Shown here one piece after another: positions 43,550 to 52,096 of a stretch of DNA of 52,096 bases; the first letter of the stretch is position 1, and every line of letters starts with the position of its first letter. The notes beneath the pieces were generated by a model. The model made no database searches and was not told the origin of the DNA. It saw only the letters and a program-made list of their open reading frames with translations. This DNA comes from Klebsormidium nitens. Taxonomy: Eukaryota > Plantae > Klebsormidiophyceae. The position numbers and the translations under genes are program-made. The DNA is taken from assembly GCA_000708835.1 (NCBI GenBank), contig DF237466.1, positions 14,809-66,904 of the forward strand. Direction: 5' to 3'.

Positions 43550-46500
43550 AACGGTCGGGCCCTAGTAAATTGGAAACGCAATAGAGTCGCTAATGCAATT
43601 GGCGGCAGACGAAACAGCTGGGGAAGGGGGGTAGTGGCACTAAAGGCGAAGATCACTGCAGCATTCAAAGGAGCAGATCACTGGAGAAAGGAAAGTCACA
43701 ACGAGCCGCCAAACGGAAGAGCAGATCTCCAATGTGGAGCACTAGAAAATGAAAAAGACTCAGGAAGTAACTCAGGAAGTGACAACGAGAAGCCTCTCTC
43801 TGTGCTGTTTGCGGCAGGAGGCACCGGAGGGCATGTGGTAGGACCGTCTCATTTACCCTACTTTCAGTACATGCTGTTGCTTCCTTATTCTGTGGTTCAT
43901 GTGACGGCGTGCTAGAATGGAACAAGTGATCATCTCTGCTCGGTCTTGCTTGATGCTATCAGGTCGTTGCACTTGTTCGCTTGTGATGGAAGCTGCTGAA
44001 GAACAGAGTCCAAGTTTGTGTCTAGATGAGAAAGAGATTCCTTCAAATGGGGCCAAGTTTCCTGTCCTAAAGGCTCAAGCCATGTTCAGAAACTGTATCT
44101 TGACACACAAAAGCCGACAACTGGATGGCACACAGTCAGTGCATCAGTGGCCTCGCAGGTCCCAGGTTGAATGGTGTAACGAGAACAGGTCTTTTACTAG
44201 CTCTGTTTCAATTGTAGAATCACGTTCGCTGCTTTCAGTGACCAATTACGATGTTATTTGATGGTTCTTTCGAAGATCTTTCACAATCAGAGGAACTTCG
44301 TTGGAAAGTATCCACCTTTTTAACCACCACCAACGAGTTAGCGGAAGCAGACCACTTACTTCCCCACTTTTGGCTGCAGTATCCCGCAATTGCAATTGCG
44401 GATGCGATCCGCCAAGCTGCCCCCAATGCGGAGATCCACTTTGCGGGGACCAGCGAGCGGATGGAGGCAAAAGCAGTGCCTGCAGCCGGATACAAATTGC
44501 ATGTCATACCCGCCGTCAGCGTGCGGCGGCCGATATGGTCCCCAGCAAACACTCTGCTTCCCTTCAGGTAAGGCTGAGAGAGCCTGTGCCATCTGTTGGT
44601 TGTCAAATTTGTGATTCTGCTTTGGTCAATCTGTTTAAAAATCATTCCTCAGAATACAGAATTCTGACTGGCGGAGTCGTTAGAGAGTCGTCGGGGTATC
44701 GTGTGTGGAACTGCCTCCCGTTAACGGCCATGTACGACTCTGCACCGTGGAGACGTGGTTATGGAAGGACTTCGCTGAGAAGGGGGCTGCCCAATAAGAG
44801 CGTTGGGGTCGAGGAATCCTCTAAGGGATGGAGAGTCCTGAATACTGAAGCTAGTGTTGTGGTTTCTCAACTCTGACCCCCAGCTCTTTATGAATGACAC
44901 TGACGTGAAGAGGTCACACCTTCATCAAGGAACATTGGCCGGATTCGTCAGCACGAGGACTCAGAACCTTACGACCAGAATCTTGGTTCAGTGTGCGAGA
45001 CTGTTCATCGCAAAAGGGACACTCAGTGCGGGGTAGCTAGTTTTTAATGGGAAGGCTGGGCAAAGCAAGATTGATTTTTCCTCACCATCTTGACGCGATG
45101 ATATTCAACCTGCCTTTCTTGCAGGTTACCAGCAGCCCTCTGGCAGTGCTACCGCCTGGTCAAGCGGGTAGCGCCAGACGTGGTCGTAGGCACTGGTAAG
45201 CCGTGGATCTCGCAAATCTCTCCGATTTCCATTGCGCTTGGCAATATGCACTTGCTTGAGTTACTTTTCCAAAGACAAGCTTTGTCATTCTTTCCTTGGA
45301 CAAATCATACAACGTTCAGTTGTTACATATTGGGTGCTGGGGATTATCGATTTCTGATGCGGCGTCGAGTAGTCGGCAATGTCTTTCTTCAAAGGAATTC
45401 AAGTCCAGAAAGCTGCTTTGATTCCTCTTCAGCAAATCGCTTGGCCGTCACACGGCGGTAGCGAAGAGCCAAACAGAATACCCTCTTAGAACCCTGCTTA
45501 TTATCAGTCCACCAGATCTAAACAGAAACACAATCTAAGTCCATGCATACAGGTATTATGCTTGTGGCATGGCAGTCCGGATCGACGAAACTGCGCTGCC
45601 TTTTATTCTCCAAAGCGTCTGTCGGATCCATGCTCAGGAACAGACAGTAATCCAACCTGCCAAAACCCAAAGAAGCCCGCTCTTTTTGTCACTTGCACAT
45701 CTTCATAAATACCTCAGACACCGAAGCACCGTTTCTCAATATCGAAGTACTGTTGCGCCAGGTGGCTACGTGTCCCTGCCCACGTGTCTGGCAGCCGCCC
45801 TTCAGCGGAGGGCGGTCGTCATTCAGGAGCAGAACGCGTATGCAGGCCTCGCAAACCGCCTCCTCGGCCTCTTTGCGACGGCCATCTTCCTGGCGTTCGA
45901 TGCCGCCAGGAAATACTTCCCCAAAGACAAGTGAGCACACACAGAAAACGCCTTTTTTTCTACTTTGCACCTTCTCACTCAAGTAGTTCGTGCACGGACT
46001 TCTCGACTTTATCATCTACCCTGTGTAACGCCTGTCAGACTCTTCTTCATTTTGCGCTGAGTGCCTGTGAGAGCCCCTGGATCAGCTTGGCTGACGGTTT
46101 CATCATGCTTCTCCAACGATCTTACAAAGAGGCACGAAAGCCCGTGGAATCTGGATGTCTCTGCTTTGCTGGCAGGTGCGTAGTCGGTGGAAACCCGACG
46201 AGGGCGTCACTGCACACTACACACGTGTCTCGGGCGGAGTCCCGCCGCTGGTTCTTCCCACAACTAGACGAGCGAGAAGCAGAAGAGGCCCAGGTCGTTC
46301 TCATCCTCGGAGGTGCGCCTCTTTGGAGCCACTCATTGTCGCATTCAGAGCCATAATCGGGTTGAAAAACCCTGAATGGAGCTGATTAAAAAGACGCATT
46401 GGAAGGGAAGTTTTGTAAAGAAGCTCTTCAGCGGGTGGGGATGGGGAGTGAAAGAGCATGACTTGTGAGAGCAAAACTTGACACATTGAAAACAGGCACA

Positions 46501-48756
46501 GAAGTCTCGGTTCCTCGTCGACGACCTATTCAGACGGAACGACCGACAAAAGCATGTTTTGGTCATTACTAAGCTTCTCTGCCATCAGTAAGATCTTCAA
46601 AAAATTGCCTGCGGGATCTTGGATTATACAATACGCGTTGGTATTATCTCTTGATTTTAAAACGATCACAGCGAACAACTTCATCAGTACCTAACCAAGC
46701 TGAAGACACAAGCAAGATTTGCCGATAATTCTGCACGTTCGTTCGCTTCCAACCTGGTACCGCCGTGCTTGCAGTCACCCGTCATTTAAGGTCGTCGTGA
46801 ACATCCTGCGAACCTCGTATCCCGGCCCCGAGGTTCGGTTGTGCTCAAAGGCGAAGTTTGGAAGGGCCAAACGGCCCCTCCTTCAAAGAAACGAGATCGG
46901 GACGTTGACCGGTTCTTTACTGATCAATTAAGTTGTGCCGGTTTGAATGGAACTTCGGGCAGGGTTGTCGCACGGCCACTCTTTCCCCGAAACACGAGTT
47001 AACCGCTTCTTACTGATCGGTTGGGTTGTGCCGGTTTGAAGAACTTAGGATTGTCGCATCCCCAGTACTCCATGTTCAAGTCTGAATTCTGTGCACATAT
47101 TTGCAGGCTCGCTCGGAGCAGCGGCTCTGAACGCAGCACTCGAGCGCGGCGCGGCCGCCGGCATCCTGGCCCCCTCGCCCTCGCGCCGTATCATCTGGCA
47201 GTGCGGACCTCGGTACCACGAAAAGCTGGCGCAGACGGTGGAAGAGCAGCAGGACCTCCTGCTTTTGCCGTAAGTTCTTCAGATTGGCTGTAACTCTCTG
47301 AGACTGGCTGCAGGGACGTAAGTGCAAGAGGATTTGGTTTTGGTTTTGCAGTGCACAAGTTGAGTTTCCATGGGGGCTTCTCGTGGGCGGTCAAATGATG
47401 GAGGTGGCCAGCAGTCTACACCATCTGCCCGTTGACCTTATATGTTGTGGCCGCCGTGTTTCACGGCGTGAGCGTATCGCACCGGATGTACTATATGTAT
47501 CTCAAGATTCAATGCATAGAGCAGGTTGCACCTACTGCAGCAGTTTCTGATAGCCCGGTACCCGACACTCGCTGTGTCCTACCTTCGTACACATGTCGTT
47601 AATGCAGAGTCTATTCAAGGGGCCGCTGGGCAGCTTCTTTCTGTGCTCATTTCATAACTCAAGCCGTCGAATCACCCAGTCATGACGTCATCCAACGGCT
47701 CGACCGATCCTCATCCGGCGCAACCGCCGGTGTTATGCGGCCGGGTGCAAGGAGACTCTCCTCGAGCCGGTCCGAGACCTCTTCGCATTCGCTCTCCGTC
47801 AATGTTGAAGTAAGATACGCAAGCACCGTGTGGACGCTATGACAGAATCTAGTCACATCGAGCTGACATTTTCTCCCGCCCTCCAGCTTCGTCAATCGCA
47901 TGGATCTGGCGTACCGTGCGGCGGACCTGGTCGTCGGGCGAGCGGGCGCAATCACGTGCAGCGAGCTCCTCGTTACCGGGACTCCGTCGCTGCTGGTGAG
48001 TCTCGCTTTTCTTATGCACGCCTCCTCTTCGAGGATTCTCGCGCGCAGTGAGTTTGTCAGTGTGCTAATCCAGACGTTCAATCTGAAGAACCTTGTCACA
48101 GATTGCCCGGTTATTGAGGCGCTTCCTGTGCTCAGATCCGCGGTCGAGCTTGTCTGAAGAGCAAGGACGCTCCGCTGAGGTACTGGCAGCTCTTCATTCT
48201 AGCGGTTTGTTTCAAGAGTGTGAGTGAAACGTATGAGCACTCGCAATTTGCTTGCTTTGCTAGTGGCGCGCGTCCTCGAGTCGCACTTTCTTCGGTGATG
48301 TTCCCTTCTTCGTTCAGATACAAATACGCCGCTCAAAACGAAGAGTATAACATTCTTCTGATGCGAGTTGATAGTGAAGAGTACGTGTTGGCCGTGAGCA
48401 CCCTTATTTCAGTTGCGAACCTGTATCTCGTTACGCTCTTCGCCGACTCACGTGGGCGTCCTTGTCGTTCGTTCTTGCACGCGCAGGTCCCCTCTCCAAA
48501 CGTCGCCCAGGACCACCAAACAAAGAACGCGCTGGCGATGGAGTCATTCGGGGCGGCGCTGCTTATGGAGGAGAGACAGCTGTCGGCGGATTCGTTAATT
48601 GAAAATGTTGAACGTCTTTTAGGCGACCGGCAACGTTTAGACACCATGCGCAGCCGAGCGCTTGCAGCCGTCAAGCCAAACGCCGCCAGAGACATTGCGC
48701 TCGCCGTTATTAAAGTAGCTAGCTTCGCGAAAAGAAGCGGCCAGCGCTTGGTCTAG
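43550..48756 (+). CDS. murG: Nuclear-encoded MurG (lipid I GlcNAc transferase, GT28), probably plastid peptidoglycan; 5' exon(s) unresolved
   Basis: Exons 43550-43837, 44380-44567, 45125-45195, 45762-45930, 46176-46312, 47107-47269, 47887-47995, 48487-48756, in phase. Signature motifs GGTGGHVYP, GTGGYVS, EQNA..G.ANR, GNPTR, GGSLGA, FVNRMDLAYRAADLVVGRAGAIT.SE, DHQTKNA. Confidence 0.95.
46908..47058. repeat. Diverged ~60-bp intronic direct duplication (94-bp period)
   Basis: accg.ttct.tactgatc..gttgtgccggtttgaa..gaactt..ttgtcgca at 46908 and 47002. Confidence 0.8.
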
Positions 48757-50125
48757 GCATGGGGACGAGATAGAAGAGGCTGCCAGTTGCCAGAGGATTT
48801 GCGTGCCGGGTATTCAATCAGTCGGACTGCAGGATTCTTGACGGAGGATGTCGAGTTGCCTCAGGACACTAACGTTCATAACCGTGAGAGCGGGATTGTT
48901 GAGTACGCCTTTTATGCAAAAGCGACTCGACTAATGTGTCTGTGCTCAATCAAGTGCCACGGTAAGGACTCAATACGACTGGTAAAACTTGAGATTATTG
49001 AGCGACCTTTCTTGGTCACATCTGTTGAGCTAGAGCGCCAGTTATATGAACTGGTAGTCTCAAAAGCCCGGCCGATTGCATCAGCTCGCAACTTAAGCGA
49101 CATCGATGCCATGGCAATGCACATATGCATGATCTGTAGACTTAAGAGCGTTTGATCGATCAATCACACGCGCTACGATAAAAAACAATGAAAATGAGTC
49201 GGTGCCAGTTGTGGCAAAAGATCAATTAGTGCAATACACGGTTTTGTCTGATTTTACACGTATGTGTCAACAGGTGTGAATATGGCCAAGCATGCATGCT
49301 ACGTGACGACGATGATCGAAGGCCGCCGAGACCGGATTCACATATCAAAGAGTTTATAACCAAACTTATGATTTATCGAGCTAGAGCCTTTCGCTAGTTG
49401 TGTGGGGTGCCAGCAGCTTTGTCATGAGAGGCGGGGAGTTAGCCACTGAAACACGCTATCATTAGGTGCTTCGATCAGACGTGAGAAGAACGGCAGCAAC
49501 TGGCGGCATTTCTGACTGACTCAACGTCATTTTTAAATATTGTTTACAAAGCTACTTACGTTCTTACAACTGGTCGGAACAGTCAGAACGTTCTCATTCT
49601 GGACTGGATCCCGCGACTGGCAAGCATGTTTAACTATCCAAAAGTATGCCCATTCCTACTTTGTCTCAGGCAAATCGGGTCGACGCTGTAACTTCGAAGC
49701 ACCTCGCAACATGACTTTAACAGGACTAGCATCAAAGATGTATATCTTACACGCTGGCAAGCAAGTCTCCTGATCTACATAACATCCCTATGGTACAGGC
49801 GTCGGGCGCTCTCAAATCTGTACTTATGGAGGACGCAATCAGCATCATTCAGCCGAATCCGATGCCCCGGGGAGTCGCCGCATCAGAAACACAAAGGGGG
49901 GGAGGAATCATTGAATGGTTCGTACTGGCAGGCGACATGACGACTGCTCACGTCTAAATGAAGTCTGCCTCGTAGTTGATTGGTCGTAGCCAGTCCTTGA
50001 TATCCTCGAGACAATATCCGGCAGATTGGAAAAGAGCGACGGATCGTCCACAAAGTCAGGCCACGCCATCGTAGTCGTCGTCCAGAACGGTATTGGGCAT
50101 GGGATTCGTAGCTCACAGGAGGATT

Positions 50126-50296
50126 GGCTTTCTCCCCACCCTTCTCCCCCCCCCTCTCTCCCCCTCGGGGGGGGAGACTAGATTCTTCTCCGGTGCGGGA
50201 GAATGTCTCCCCCTATATCGAGCAGGGGGAGAACATCTCCCCCTATATTGAGCCAGGGGGGAGAACATCTCCCCCAGACGTCTCCCCCTGGGGGGT
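50126..50296. repeat. G/C-run palindrome array with 30-32-bp units
   Basis: gggagaa(c/t)(a/g)tctccccc at 50197, 50227 and 50259, flanked by C-runs and G-runs. Confidence 0.85.
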
Positions 50297-51110
50297 TCGT
50301 ACGGGACTTAGTGGGCTATATAGATTAGCAAATGCATTTGGACGAGAAATTATAGAGCATATGAAGCATAATACTTCGGATCCTTCAAAATCCATGCAAA
50401 GAACATCGTTCCGGACCTGGCATGCTTCCGAGGCAAACGTCGAGAAATAATATGGACAAGCACGTGATTCCGTGTCATGGTGCACAAAGTCTATGCATAT
50501 CTGCAACTATGCCCGACTTTTTAGACTGCCTTTGGACACCGCCGCTACGGTCGCCGCAATCCTTTCTATCGTTTAGAAGCATTTCCAAAGTTCTTCCAGG
50601 TTAAAAGTCGCTGGCAAATGTACAAGGCGCCACGATGTACAAGATTGAACGTCCCGCCGTATATTTAGGTACCTGGCCGAGAAAGAGACAAATTTAGGCT
50701 TAGCAGAGCGTCCCAAGAGAGAGAAATTTCGGCGCTCGTATTCTTTTTAAAACCAAGGCGCTCCTTTGAAAGTCAGGTTCATCGAAATGCTCATAACCAG
50801 GCCCCCCGCCGTCGGCAGAAAATATCATAGATAGACAGAGAATGTCGGTGCTGTTGCACGACTTGACGGTTTGATCGGTGAAACCGAATCGCCGGGAGGA
50901 AAACGGTTAATCACTGGGTTGCCATGGGTTGCCGTTCTTTTAGCGACTTCCGAGAAAGAAGCGCCACTGCGCTCGATGACGATGGAGAGCTTCTCGACTT
51001 GGTGCATCTCCTAGCTGGACAACCTTTAGAACAGGGAAAGACTTCGGCGACAATAATACAGCCTTACCCTGATGATAGCTGCTCCCCCGCTCTATCGTTC
51101 TTCCTCCGCT

Positions 51111-51990
51111 CTAACGTTCTTCCTGCAGCCAGCAGACCACGTGCGACGCCAGATTCTTCCCACGGAAGAAGCGGAAAAGGCGGTCGTAGCTGATGATCGT
51201 GCAGCCCTCCAGGTGCTGCAAGGTTCGACAGAAACATCAGTGGCAGTCAAAAAGGATTCCGGTGCAAACCTGCAGCGAATGGGAAACCGTGGCTTGTGGC
51301 TGTCGCATCTTCGCCGTCTGAAGTAGATTCAACCGCCCAACTCTTCCGTGTTGTCTGTAGAAAAGTCGTTAGTAGCAATGCATGTGTATCCTCACACCGC
51401 ACGAACTAAGTTTTCGTTCCGACGTGGGTGTTTAAAGGACTCGAAACAGACCAAGGAGAATTTTTCATAGAGATTGAGCTGGTGCTCAGGATCTGTTGTT
51501 TCACAAGCTGTCGCTTTCGCCCGTCTCAAATGCGCCGATGCATGAGCTCGTCGGGCGTACGAAGGACACAGGCATATCAATGTTCCAGATCAATGTTCCA
51601 GATTAATGTTCCAGCTGACGGGTTGGGAATGTAAGGTCACAAAGAGAATTATTAAAAGACCGTGGAGGCGTTTGCTTGCCTTGAGTAGGTAGTCGAGGAG
51701 CCCCGTGTCTCTGATAATGGCATCGTGGGCAAGGTCGCGCAACCTACTGCGCTCCACCCGTACGCCAGGTCCCACCCACTCCATCATAAAATCAGCAATC
51801 TGCTGCTGCGCCTCTTGAAACCTGGGAGAAGAGGGACAGCGTCAACAACATGTTGACGCTTAACTTCACGGTTTGGAGCAGCCTCAGAAAATCTAACCTG
51901 GTTGGTAGGTTTCACAGGTTCTCTGTCAAAGAATGACTCACCGCTTCTCCGCCAGGATTGCGAAAGATCTATAGCGACGACCGACGGCAA
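51111..51990 (-). CDS. DYAD/SWI1/AMEIOTIC1- or MS1/MMD1-type domain protein, partial
   Basis: Exons (upper end uncertain)-51942, 51821-51680 and 51215-51111 give ILAEKRFQEAQQQIADFMMEW..RSRLRDLAHDAIIRDTGLLDYLLK|HLEG..RLFRFFRG..VCWLQE. This resembles R.ELR..AR..IGDTGLLD(H/Y)LLKH..YWLE. The model needs the GC donor aag|gcaagc. Confidence 0.65.
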
Positions 51991-52096
51991 GCATCATACG
52001 ATCTTGCAGATGACTGGCACGCGAGTTTGAGTGGCCAATCAAAACGAGAGACTGAAATCTAAAGAGGTTGCTTCGGCTACTGCCCGTTGCTACGTC

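Noticed and set aside
43550-48756. Bacterial contamination suggested by murG
   Set aside because: Seven spliceosomal GT-AG introns with consistent phases.

Overview
Intron-rich eukaryotic nuclear DNA. The gene content (chlorophyll a/b LHCs, plant-type kelch, GT47 and root-cap genes, a spliced MurG) points to a streptophyte alga such as Klebsormidium; this identity is inferred, not shown. Nine spliced genes were reconstructed by hand with consistent exon phases: a Pro/Thr-rich root-cap/LEA-related protein (+, 5'-truncated), two divergent LHC paralogues arranged head-to-head, a ~1500-aa kelch protein (-), a 2OG-Fe(II) dioxygenase (+), an SCP/photoprotein-like EF-hand protein (-), a MUR3-type GT47 (-), MurG (+, 5' end unresolved) and a DYAD/AM1/MS1-type domain fragment (-). 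Three observations stand out. (1) The LHC pair differs by His versus Asn at the Chl a603 ligand, the pattern seen in bulk/red-form heterodimers. (2) Four independent tandem duplications straddle splice junctions (x2, x2, x5 acceptors; x3 donor), and in each only the copy next to the intact exon keeps the ORF by simple splicing. (3) An aequorin/SCP-like calcium-binding protein appears in a green-lineage genome. No rRNA, tRNA or CRISPR array was recognised. All family assignments rest on recalled motifs; no search was run.
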